Shown here: positions 49,360-58,177 of the stretch, piece after piece | Numbering within the stretch: position 1 is the first letter of the stretch | How the letters are laid out: the number at the start of each line of letters is the position of its first letter | Source: a virus | Taxonomy: Duplodnaviria; Caudoviricetes | Strand: one strand, 5' to 3' | IMG/VR virus record: IMGVR_UViG_3300001336_000006 | Span: 1 to 59,840 of that record | DNA length: 59,840 bases | The notes under the pieces: model-generated | Database searches by the model: none | Seen by the model: the letters and a program-made list of their open reading frames with translations, nothing else | Told to the model about the DNA's origin: nothing | Position numbers and translations under genes: made by a program

Positions 49360-49954
49360 AGAATACACTAGAAAGGTTATACCGTTTATTAAATCAGATT
49401 ATTTCACAGAAAGTTCGGAGAATGTTTTATTTCAAAAAATTGAAAACTTTGTTGATACATACAAAACTCTTCCCACACACGAAGCTCTCGTAATTGATAT
49501 CACAGATTCAAAAAACTTAACTGAAAAACAAGTTTCTTCTTCCATTGAATTATTGAAGGAACTTAACTCTAACAAGGAAGAGAAATCTGAAATTCAATGG
49601 TTAACTGACCAAACAGAAAAGTTTTGTCAAGATAAAGCAATTTATAATGCTATCATGGAGTCGGTTCAGATTCTGGATGACAACACCAACAAAAAAAGTA
49701 AAGGAGAAATTCCAGAGCTTCTAGCTGATGCTTTGGGTGTTTCTTTTGATTCCCATGTTGGACACGATTATTTGAATGATTCGGATGCTCGATACGATTT
49801 CTATCATCGTAAAGAAAAGAAGATTCGTTTTGATTTGGATTTCTTCAACAAAATAACCAAAGGTGGAATACCAATCAAAACATTGAATATTGCATTAGCG
49901 GGTTGTGTTCATCCAGAAACAAAAGTGAGGATAAGATTTAGGAAAAAAGTTTGA
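49313..49954 (+). CDS. gp41: Replicative helicase gp41, N-terminal part, fused to a 16-aa split-intein N-fragment
   Basis: IE..IL.NL..NEEY.RKVIPF, TEKFCQDKAIYNA, GHDY, KTLNIALAG, then CVHPETKVRIRFRKKV*. Confidence 0.93.
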   Translation: MSRIEKTILKNLIYNEEYTRKVIPFIKSDYFTESSENVLFQKIENFVDTYKTLPTHEALVIDITDSKNLTEKQVSSSIELLKELNSNKEEKSEIQWLTDQTEKFCQDKAIYNAIMESVQILDDNTNKKSKGEIPELLADALGVSFDSHVGHDYLNDSDARYDFYHRKEKKIRFDLDFFNKITKGGIPIKTLNIALAGCVHPETKVRIRFRKKV

Positions 49955-50384
49955 AACCTCTTTTATTTATATGAAATGGAATTTTATAATGGAAAAATGG
50001 ATTGAAAAGCAAACATGTATTGCTGAAATAAAAACACTTTTGGAAAACGGATATGAAGTTGAAGTGGATTCCCCTGATGGATTTGTCCCAGTTTCAACTT
50101 TTGTTAATAAGGGGTTGTGGGAAAAATACACATTGACTCTACAGGACGGTAGAGAAGTTAATGTTAATGAAAATCATTTGTTTGAGACTGATGCAGGATG
50201 GAAATTTGCTAAAGATATTGTTCATGAACAACAAATATTGGGACAAACACCATTAAAATATTTGTGTGATAATGGTTGGCAATCCGGTATTGTTGAAAAA
50301 AATAATCACAAAATTCCTATTGTTGATATACAAGTAGAACACGAAAATCATCGTTATTACACTAATGGAATTTCTTCTCACAAC
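49904..50384 (+). mobile_element. Atypically split mini-intein (IntN 49904-49951; IntC about 49989-50384)
   Basis: Block A C1-VHPET; block B-like VNENHLF; block F/G PIVDIQV..ENHRYYTNGISSHN followed by Thr+1; flanks rejoin as the Walker A ALAG|TGVGKS. Confidence 0.93.
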
Positions 50385-51197
50385 ACTGGTGTTGGAAAAT
50401 CTTTGTTTATGTGCCATGTAGCGGCTTCATGTATTAGTCAAGGACATAATGTCCTCTATATCACACTCGAAATGGCAGAAGAGAAGATTGCTGAGAGGAT
50501 TGATGCTAACCTTCTGAATATCCCAATTGATGATCTCCACACAATTTCTAAGGAAGATTACGAAAGGAGATTTTCGTCACTCAAGAGTAAAACACAAGGC
50601 AAACTGATCATTAAGGAATATCCCACAGCAAGTGCTAATGCCGGACACTTTCGTTCTCTCTTGAATGAATTGCGTTTGAAAAAGAATTTTGTTCCAGAAA
50701 TTATATTTATTGATTATTTGAATATTTGCAGTTCATCACGAATTAAGATGGGTGCTTCTGTAAACTCATACTCTTATATTAAAGCTATTGCGGAAGAGCT
50801 TCGTGGTTTAGCTGTTGAATTTGGAGTTCCTGTTGTTTCTGCTACACAAACTACTAGAAGCGGTTTCACAAATACAGATGTTGGGCTTGAAGATACTTCA
50901 GAATCATTTGGTTTGCCAGCCACTGCCGACTTCATGTTTGCTTTGATTTCAACTGAAGAGCTTGAACAGACGAATCAAATTATGGTTAAGCAACTCAAGA
51001 ATCGATATGGTGATCCCAATAAAAACAAAAAGTTTGTCATTGGTGTTGATAGGTCAAAAATGAAGCTTTACGATGCGGAAATGTCTGCTCAGAAAGGCTT
51101 ATCTGACTCTGGTCAAGAATACAATTATGATTCAGTCAATACCTTTGGTAATCGTGAAAGAAACATTAACAACAAGTTCAGTGGTATTCGTGTATAA
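49989..51197 (+). CDS. gp41: Split-intein C-fragment fused to the gp41 helicase C-terminal (RecA-like) part
   Basis: ...SHN-TGVGKSLFMCH, LEMAEE.IAERIDAN, IDYLNIC, ATQT.R.G, SESFGLPATAD, KQLKNRY; alternative start at 49971. Confidence 0.93.
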   Translation: MEKWIEKQTCIAEIKTLLENGYEVEVDSPDGFVPVSTFVNKGLWEKYTLTLQDGREVNVNENHLFETDAGWKFAKDIVHEQQILGQTPLKYLCDNGWQSGIVEKNNHKIPIVDIQVEHENHRYYTNGISSHNTGVGKSLFMCHVAASCISQGHNVLYITLEMAEEKIAERIDANLLNIPIDDLHTISKEDYERRFSSLKSKTQGKLIIKEYPTASANAGHFRSLLNELRLKKNFVPEIIFIDYLNICSSSRIKMGASVNSYSYIKAIAEELRGLAVEFGVPVVSATQTTRSGFTNTDVGLEDTSESFGLPATADFMFALISTEELEQTNQIMVKQLKNRYGDPNKNKKFVIGVDRSKMKLYDAEMSAQKGLSDSGQEYNYDSVNTFGNRERNINNKFSGIRV

Positions 51198-51202
51198 TAT
51201 AT

Positions 51203-51210
51203 TATAAATA
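51203..51210 (+). promoter_or_regulatory. Late promoter TATAAATA
   Basis: Exact consensus after gp41. Confidence 0.75.
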
Positions 51211-51218
51211 GTAAAATA

Positions 51219-51710
51219 ATGAAAGACATACACTTAAAAATAATCAGAAATGGTGCCAAAGGTTCTAGGGAAACAATCGAAAGGTTGGGGTCTCAAGTAG
51301 AATTTTTGACTAAAAAGAGCTTTTTAAATGATACAGAAAATATATTGTTGAAAAAGAAAATATCTGAAGCAGAAAGAATTTTAAATTCTATAAGTTCTTT
51401 GATTCTCAATAAAATTTCTATTGTGGAAAAGATATCTTCACAAATCATAGAATATGTTAAAGAGAATAAAAAAATTAGTGATTCCAGTAAATATACTGTA
51501 AGTTTTATTAAATGGGCTGAATCACAAATGAACAAAAAAATTCTTTCTGCTAAACGCCAAGATACTAAAATCAATAGGTATCGAGAGAAAAGCGAACTTA
51601 TTAGGTTTTATAGGAAAAATCAAACGACACTTAAACACATTTTTGATTTTATGAATATTATCATGGAAGTTGAAAAACAAATAACACAAAGAATCCAATC
51701 GCAGGAATAG
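51219..51710 (+). CDS. Hypothetical helical protein
   Basis: 163-aa ORF after a late promoter. Confidence 0.6.
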   Translation: MKDIHLKIIRNGAKGSRETIERLGSQVEFLTKKSFLNDTENILLKKKISEAERILNSISSLILNKISIVEKISSQIIEYVKENKKISDSSKYTVSFIKWAESQMNKKILSAKRQDTKINRYREKSELIRFYRKNQTTLKHIFDFMNIIMEVEKQITQRIQSQE

Positions 51711-51712
51711 CC

Positions 51713-51988
51713 ATGAAATATGATATTGACAAAATAATGGAAGAATATGATGAAGAATTCGATTTTGATTTTGATACTGAATCCGAAGAAGACTTTACTG
51801 CAGTAATAGCTGAAAAAGATCAAACAGTAGAACAGTACAAAGAACGGTTAGAACAGGTTGAAAAAATTATTATGCCGTTTCTGACAAAGTTGTTGAAAAC
51901 CGCAGATCAACCTATTATCAAATGGCCCAATAGAGGACCCGTGATAGAAAAACAAATTCAAAAAATACTTTCCTTAACCAGAGACTGA
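51713..51988 (+). CDS. Conserved hypothetical protein
   Basis: DFDF acidic N-terminus, I.PFL..L, I.WPNR. Confidence 0.75.
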   Translation: MKYDIDKIMEEYDEEFDFDFDTESEEDFTAVIAEKDQTVEQYKERLEQVEKIIMPFLTKLLKTADQPIIKWPNRGPVIEKQIQKILSLTRD

Positions 51989-51989
51989 C

Positions 51990-52433
51990 ATGATAAAACT
52001 TATAGACGGTAGATGGGCTTTTGTTTCTAGAAAAACACAAAGACCCCTAGCATATTATAATGGACCGGGCACCCCTCCTAGCAGTTGGGTGGAGAAACAT
52101 GATAGACGATATCAACAAACAAAAAATATCGAGGAAGCATCTTATGTTGGTAATATGGGTGTTATGGAACTAGTAAAATTTCATAAAACCGCTACCCCTG
52201 AACAGAAAAAAAAGTTCGAAGATCACAAAAATAAAAATCGACATAAAGATGCTTGGAATCTCGTTCAAAAGGTTACTGGAACTAAACTTCACAAAAGTGT
52301 GATGGAATCTAAAGATATTCTATCAAAAGCTGGTGCTGGGCAAGAAGGGACGGATGAGTTAGCGAAAACATATATGAAAGACACACCGGGTCAAAATTTT
52401 AAAAGCTTTAAGTCATATATAAAAAATAAATAA
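51990..52433 (+). CDS. Hypothetical modular (head-internal-type) protein
   Basis: EASYVGNMG.MEL..F and GAGQEGTDEL..TY.KDTPGQ modules separated by I/V-x-E sites. Confidence 0.6.
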   Translation: MIKLIDGRWAFVSRKTQRPLAYYNGPGTPPSSWVEKHDRRYQQTKNIEEASYVGNMGVMELVKFHKTATPEQKKKFEDHKNKNRHKDAWNLVQKVTGTKLHKSVMESKDILSKAGAGQEGTDELAKTYMKDTPGQNFKSFKSYIKNK

Positions 52434-52448
52434 TTTTTTGGAGTTATT

Positions 52449-53288
52449 ATGGAACAACGTGATTTGATTGTTGGTTGTGCCAACAATTACGACTGGGATA
52501 AACTAAAGTATTGGATTAACTCAATCAATCAATCTGGTTTTGAAGGCGATAAAGTTCTTATTTTGATGAACGCCGATAGAGAAACCTGTCAAAAAGTAAA
52601 CGAAGCAGGATTTAAAATTATTGGATTTAAACAAGATAAAGACGGTAATCTTTTTCTCGAATCCGATATGGTGGTTCATGTGGAAAGATTTCTTCACCTC
52701 TATACATTTCTTGCAAACACAAACTATAGATACGTGATCACGACAGATGTTCGTGATGTTGTATTTCAAAAAAATCCAATCGAATGGATTGAAAATAATC
52801 TAGGTGATCGTGCATTAATTTTTTCGTCAGAGAGTATCAAATATAAAGACGAACCATGGGGTAAACAAAATCTTCTAGACACATATGGTGGGTTCATCCA
52901 TAACATCTTCAAAGAAAATGAAATATTCAATGTAGGCGTTCTTGCTGGTCGTGCAAACTACATGCGGGATTTGTGTATGAACATTTTTGTTGCATGTGTG
53001 GGAGCTAGAATACCCATTTGTGATCAATCAACTTTCAACTTTCTCATCACTCAACATCCCTATACTGATCTGTGTTTGTACACCAAATCTGAACAGGGGT
53101 GGGCATGTCAGTTAGGAACTACTGCTGATCCAAACAAATTGGAACAGTTCAAACCTTACCTATTAGAACCATTACCAAAATTAGATGGTGATATGGTTGT
53201 AACTTCTGAAGGTATAGAGTATACTGTTGTTCATCAGTACGATAGAGTTCCTGAATGGCGTGAAGTGATTGAGAAAAAATATGGCTAA
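52449..53288 (+). CDS. GT-A-type glycosyltransferase-like protein
   Basis: TDVRDVVFQ (DxxD), IFSSE, NVGVLAG, DQSTFN, VHQYDR. Confidence 0.7.
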   Translation: MEQRDLIVGCANNYDWDKLKYWINSINQSGFEGDKVLILMNADRETCQKVNEAGFKIIGFKQDKDGNLFLESDMVVHVERFLHLYTFLANTNYRYVITTDVRDVVFQKNPIEWIENNLGDRALIFSSESIKYKDEPWGKQNLLDTYGGFIHNIFKENEIFNVGVLAGRANYMRDLCMNIFVACVGARIPICDQSTFNFLITQHPYTDLCLYTKSEQGWACQLGTTADPNKLEQFKPYLLEPLPKLDGDMVVTSEGIEYTVVHQYDRVPEWREVIEKKYG

Positions 53289-54240
53289 AATTTTATATGT
53301 TGTGCATCGATATGCTCCATATCCCGGTGGTTCGGAGAACTATGTTCGTGATATGGCAGAAGAAACGCTAAGACGAGGACATGAAGTTGCAGTCTTTGCT
53401 GGTGAACATAAGGGTATGCATAATGGCGTTATGGCTACTAGTGATCCTGCAATCTTCGGTCTTCCTTGGGACTTAGTTGTTGTTCATGGTGGTGATGTCG
53501 GTTGGCAAGACAATGTGCTAATGCAATGTAAAAAGCTTCAGTCACCAGTTTTGTTCATGTTGATTATTCCCTCAGAAAGTCCTGTTTACAAATATGCTCG
53601 TGATAATGTTGATTATATTGGATGTTCAACATTTGAAGATTGGAGTTATGTCACACATCATGGTCTAAGAAAAAAATCTGTTAGAATTAGTCATGGCATC
53701 GATCCTAAGATTTCAGTTGGAACATCGGGATTTCGTGAGAAGTATGGCATAAAAACAAAATTCATGTTCCTTTCTTGTGGTGGATATTGGCACAACAAAC
53801 GCATGAAAGAGCTTGTCGATATTTTCAACAAGGTAGGCAGAACGGACATTACTCTTGTGACAACTGGTTATGACAATCGGTTTGATATTAAACCAGAAGA
53901 TTCTGGGTTTGTAAAAAACCTCATGTTAGATGATCGTGAAGAGGTGATGTCTGCAATCAATGAAGCGGATTTGTATATCATGCATTCCAATCGTGAGGGA
54001 TTTGGTCTCGTATTGTTAGAGTCCATGTTAAACAAAACTCCATGGGCGGCAACAAACATGGCAGGCGGAAGATTGATGAACGAGTTTGGTTTTGTTTATG
54101 ATACAGATGATCAGCTTCTAGATTACATGAAAAATTTTAAACCAGTAGATCAAAGTAAACTAGAAAAATCTTATGAGTATGTGACGATGAATCACATGAT
54201 AAGTAACACTGTTGATGATATTTTGAAACTTGTAAAATGA
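53281..54240 (+). CDS. GT4 (GT-B) glycosyltransferase
   Basis: P..GGSE, HGID, K.M, EGFGLVLLESM (EX7E). Confidence 0.9.
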   Translation: MAKILYVVHRYAPYPGGSENYVRDMAEETLRRGHEVAVFAGEHKGMHNGVMATSDPAIFGLPWDLVVVHGGDVGWQDNVLMQCKKLQSPVLFMLIIPSESPVYKYARDNVDYIGCSTFEDWSYVTHHGLRKKSVRISHGIDPKISVGTSGFREKYGIKTKFMFLSCGGYWHNKRMKELVDIFNKVGRTDITLVTTGYDNRFDIKPEDSGFVKNLMLDDREEVMSAINEADLYIMHSNREGFGLVLLESMLNKTPWAATNMAGGRLMNEFGFVYDTDDQLLDYMKNFKPVDQSKLEKSYEYVTMNHMISNTVDDILKLVK

Positions 54241-54863
54241 ACTTTTCTTTTTGTATAACGACAGACTATAGTGATATTAATCGATTGAATGAAGTCATGA
54301 ATTCTATTCATACTTTAAATATACCATATTATGAAATCAATGTTATCGGTGGCATGGATTCGCATGAAGATGGTTATTATGTCAGCTATATATATTTCAA
54401 TGAAAATCAAAAACCCGGTTGGATAACTCGAAAGAAAAATATTCTAGCAAATTATTCAAAGTACGATAACTTGGTTTATCTACATGATTATTATGTGTTT
54501 GATAAAAATTGGTACAACTCATATAAAAAATTTGGAGATGACTGGGACATATGTTCTAATCAACAACTTCTGAGCACTGGAGAAAGACACTTCACTGATT
54601 GGGTCACATGGGACGATCCAATATTTCCTAGATATACTGCATTACCTTATGATGAATGGTCAAGAACAAAACACATGTACGTTTCTGGTGGTTATTTTCT
54701 AGTGAAGAAACATGTGGCAATGAATAATCCATTCAACGAAGAATTGACACACGGACAAGCAGAAGATGTGGAATGGTCACTTAGAGTTCGTGATAAGTAT
54801 GTGATGAAATGTAATGGTGATGCAATAGTAAAGCACAACAAAAGGCACAGAGATGCAAAATAG
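54237..54863 (+). CDS. GT2-like glycosyltransferase
   Basis: WITRKKN, YLHDY, SGGYF, F.E.L...EDVEWS. Confidence 0.75.
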   Translation: MNFSFCITTDYSDINRLNEVMNSIHTLNIPYYEINVIGGMDSHEDGYYVSYIYFNENQKPGWITRKKNILANYSKYDNLVYLHDYYVFDKNWYNSYKKFGDDWDICSNQQLLSTGERHFTDWVTWDDPIFPRYTALPYDEWSRTKHMYVSGGYFLVKKHVAMNNPFNEELTHGQAEDVEWSLRVRDKYVMKCNGDAIVKHNKRHRDAK

Positions 54864-56226
54864 ATTATGTATAATGGATTTAGATGGTGTACTGATTGAA
54901 TCTAGAGACTTACACTTCCACGCATTGAATGATGCTCTGTGGAATATATCAGAAGAGTATGTTATCAGTCGTGAAGAACATCTATCTCTGTATGATGGAT
55001 TAAACACAACAAAGAAACTCAACATGTTGACTGAAAGAAAAGGTCTTCCTGTTGAGTATCATAATCAGATTTGGGCAGACAAACAAACTGCAACCTTTGA
55101 TCTGATTCGTGAGTTTCCACAAGATGAAAAGTTGATTTCATTCTTCAAAAAAATTAAATCCCATAACATTAAGATTGCAATCGCAAGTAATTCTATTAGA
55201 GAAACTTTGAAACTTGCACTGATCAAGATTGGTGTCATCGAATATGTTGATTGTTTTGTAAGTAACGAGGATGTTTCACGAGCGAAACCTTATCCAGAAA
55301 TGTATTGGCAAGCAATGACAAAAATGGATTGTCTTCCTAAGAATACAGTGATCATTGAAGATAGTCACATCGGAAGACAAGGCGCATTAGACTCTGGAGC
55401 ACATCTAGTTCCAGTTAAAGACACAACAGATTTAACAGAAGAAAAAATAGATGAAGTGATTGACATTTTAAATGGTGTCAAAAGAAAATCAATACCATGG
55501 AGAGATAATAAGATGAATGTTTTGATTCCTATGGCGGGGGCGGGTTCACGATTTGCTCAAGCAGGATACACATTTCCTAAACCGTTGATTGAAGTTAACG
55601 GTAAACCGATGATTCAAGTTGTTGTTGAGAATCTTAATGTTGAGGCACACTTTATTTTTCTAGTACAGAAAGAACACTATGAAAAGTATAATCTTAAACA
55701 ACTATTGAATCTTATTGCTCCCGGTTGCGACATCATTCAAGTCGATGGCGTAACAGACGGTGCGGCAAGAACAACACTACTTGCCAAAGAACTCATAGAT
55801 AATAACAGTCCATTGTTGATGGCAAACTCAGATCAATTCGTGGAATGGAACTCAAATGAATGTTTATATGCCTTTACTGCTGATGGTGTTGATGGCGGTA
55901 TCGTTACCTTTAAAGCAACCCATCCAAAGTGGTCTTTCGCCAAGATTGGAGATGACGGTTTTGTATCCGAGGTAGCAGAAAAAAATCCCATTTCAGATAA
56001 TGCAACTGTAGGAATTTATTATTGGAAACGTGGGTGTGATTATGTCAAGTATGCAGAGCAAATGATTTCTAAAGATATCAGAACAAACGGTGAGTTCTAT
56101 GTCGCACCAACATTCAACGAGGCGATTGGGGACGGAAAGAAAATTCGTGTAAAAGAAATTCAAAAAATGTTTGGACTAGGCACACCCGAAGATTTGAATT
56201 ATTTCTTGGAGAATCACAAATCATGA
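54853..56226 (+). CDS. HAD phosphatase + sugar-phosphate nucleotidyltransferase fusion
   Basis: DLDGVL, ASNS, KP.PE, IEDS..G; then IPMAGAGSRF...PKPLI, NSDQ, EK, GEFYV, LGTPEDL. Confidence 0.9.
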   Translation: MQNRLCIMDLDGVLIESRDLHFHALNDALWNISEEYVISREEHLSLYDGLNTTKKLNMLTERKGLPVEYHNQIWADKQTATFDLIREFPQDEKLISFFKKIKSHNIKIAIASNSIRETLKLALIKIGVIEYVDCFVSNEDVSRAKPYPEMYWQAMTKMDCLPKNTVIIEDSHIGRQGALDSGAHLVPVKDTTDLTEEKIDEVIDILNGVKRKSIPWRDNKMNVLIPMAGAGSRFAQAGYTFPKPLIEVNGKPMIQVVVENLNVEAHFIFLVQKEHYEKYNLKQLLNLIAPGCDIIQVDGVTDGAARTTLLAKELIDNNSPLLMANSDQFVEWNSNECLYAFTADGVDGGIVTFKATHPKWSFAKIGDDGFVSEVAEKNPISDNATVGIYYWKRGCDYVKYAEQMISKDIRTNGEFYVAPTFNEAIGDGKKIRVKEIQKMFGLGTPEDLNYFLENHKS

Positions 56227-56936
56227 AAGTGGCTGTAGTTTTAACGGGACATCTTAGATGTTGGAAAGATGTTTACCCTAACTTCAAAGAAAAAGTGATT
56301 GATCGATACAATCCAGATATCTTTATTCATACATGGGATGAAGAAGGTTGGTGGGTTCCCGGAGACAAACAAAACGAAAAAGGTTATCATGAAGAGACTC
56401 CAAAGATAGATCAGAAAGAAGTTCTAGAAGCATATAATCCTAGAGGTATCACAGTAGAGTCTTGGGAAACATACAATAAGATGTTTGAGGATAGGGGCAA
56501 ATTATATGAAAACTTTGCACATCGTCCTAAAAATATTTTATCGATGTTCTATAAGTTGAATCGTGGCATTTCTTTGATGGAAGATTACGTTTCTCAAATT
56601 GGTGTGTACTATGATTTGGTGATTCGTATGCGTCCAGATATGATTTTTCATGAAGACTTACCAGAATTTCAACCCAACTACTTTTACACTTTGGCACACA
56701 GAAATCATTTGGGACAAGGTACAGGAGATATGATTCATGTTGGTAATATGTTTAACATGATTATGTTTTCTAAGATTTCTTGTTTCATCAATCAGCTATA
56801 TTTACAAACCAACCTTTTATGCCCCCATGTACTGTCAACTAAGTATATTGATAACATAGGATTATCTTGGAAAGAATTCAACATACATAAAACAATACAA
56901 CATACTCCTGCGGGACAATATCAGGAAATGAAATGA
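56223..56936 (+). CDS. Putative glycosyltransferase-like protein
   Basis: KVAV.LTG.LR, DIFIHTW, SMFYK, YDLVIRMRPD. Confidence 0.6.
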   Translation: MKVAVVLTGHLRCWKDVYPNFKEKVIDRYNPDIFIHTWDEEGWWVPGDKQNEKGYHEETPKIDQKEVLEAYNPRGITVESWETYNKMFEDRGKLYENFAHRPKNILSMFYKLNRGISLMEDYVSQIGVYYDLVIRMRPDMIFHEDLPEFQPNYFYTLAHRNHLGQGTGDMIHVGNMFNMIMFSKISCFINQLYLQTNLLCPHVLSTKYIDNIGLSWKEFNIHKTIQHTPAGQYQEMK

Positions 56937-57619
56937 GTAAAGAAAAATATCTAACGATGCAAAAATCATACTATGATAAAGAAGCGTCAAAGTGGACACT
57001 ACAGAATAAGAATCCTGTTGTCGGATGGTATCATCAACATGAAAATTTTACTGACTATGATGAATTTTTGTTTAAAGGTTTTGAAACAAAAGACTTAGTT
57101 GCACTTGAATATGGTTGTGGTCCGGGAAGAAATCAGATTAGATATGCAAAAAGATTCGCAAGAGTTGATGGTGTGGATATTTCTGAGACAAACATTGAAA
57201 AGGCAAAGATCAACATCAAAGACGCTGGAATAGAACTACCCAATTTGTATGTTAACACTGGCAGTGATATTCCTGTAGACGACCAATATTATGATGTTGT
57301 TTTTGCTGTAATATGTTTGCAACATATTTGTGTACACGAAGTTAGATTTAAAATAATGCAGGAGATACACCGAGTGTTGAAGCCGGGAGGATACTTTTGT
57401 GCTCAGATGGGATTTGGTGGAAGAACCGGTGCAGTTAATTATTATGATAACAATTATGATGCAGAAGAAACCAATGGATTGTGTGATGTTTCCATTGAGA
57501 ACGAAGACTATCTTAAAGACGATCTGAAAAAAATTGGATTCAAAAATTACAAGTCTGATCTCAGAGATCCTTGTCAAGACTTACACAAAAAATGGATTTG
57601 GTTTCAGGTGCAAAAATGA
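56933..57619 (+). CDS. Class I SAM-dependent methyltransferase
   Basis: LEYGCGPGR, GVDIS, YDVV, EIHRVLKPGG. Confidence 0.92.
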   Translation: MSKEKYLTMQKSYYDKEASKWTLQNKNPVVGWYHQHENFTDYDEFLFKGFETKDLVALEYGCGPGRNQIRYAKRFARVDGVDISETNIEKAKINIKDAGIELPNLYVNTGSDIPVDDQYYDVVFAVICLQHICVHEVRFKIMQEIHRVLKPGGYFCAQMGFGGRTGAVNYYDNNYDAEETNGLCDVSIENEDYLKDDLKKIGFKNYKSDLRDPCQDLHKKWIWFQVQK

Positions 57620-58077
57620 TATTGATTGCACATCGTGGAAACTTAAACGGTCCTGACCCATCAAAAGAAAATCATCCAGAATATATTTTAAATGCAATTA
57701 AACATGGATATGATGTTGAGATTGATTTAAGAATGTTTAATGGTGATTTGATGTTGGGACACGATGAACCACAATATGAAGTTGATTTGCACTTCTTGTT
57801 AGAATATTCTGGAAGATTGTGGGTACATTGTAAAGATTTCGAGTCTTTAGATTTTGTTTCGAAATACACCAATCTAAATTTCTTTGCACATTTTACAGAA
57901 GAACCGTATATATTGACCTCTAAGGGGGATTTTTGGGCATATCCCGGATACAACACGTTAGGTAAAAGATGTGTTATGGTTATGCCAGAATTACACTGGA
58001 AAATAGAAGAAATTGTTAATTTTAAGACTTTTGGTGTGTGTTCAGACTATGTTGAACAAATAAAAAATTATAAATAA
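57616..58077 (+). CDS. Glycerophosphodiester-phosphodiesterase/PI-PLC-like protein
   Basis: IAHRGN, EN, DVEID, LGHD, WVHCK, GVCSD; ATG at 57616. Confidence 0.8.
   Translation: MILIAHRGNLNGPDPSKENHPEYILNAIKHGYDVEIDLRMFNGDLMLGHDEPQYEVDLHFLLEYSGRLWVHCKDFESLDFVSKYTNLNFFAHFTEEPYILTSKGDFWAYPGYNTLGKRCVMVMPELHWKIEEIVNFKTFGVCSDYVEQIKNYK
58069..58076 (+). promoter_or_regulatory. Late promoter TATAAATA
   Basis: Exact consensus about 100 nt upstream of the zeta-like gene. Confidence 0.75.
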
Positions 58078-58096
58078 CATTATAAAATCTTGTTAT

Positions 58097-58157
58097 AGAG
58101 ACGAGAATATATCAAAAATCTTCCAAACTAGATGTTTTTTGCATCTGTCTCGTCTCT
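58097..58157 (+). other. Structured leader (10-bp outer stem with an inner hairpin)
   Basis: AGAGACGAGA / TCTCGTCTCT; inner AGATG / CATCT. Confidence 0.6.
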
Positions 58158-58177
58158 CTTTCAAGCCATAAAAAACG

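Noticed and set aside
49904-49990. gp41 as a pseudogene or simple frameshift
   Set aside because: The break coincides with intein blocks A and B-G in a known short-IntN architecture, and both halves are intact; a residual read-error possibility is noted in the finding
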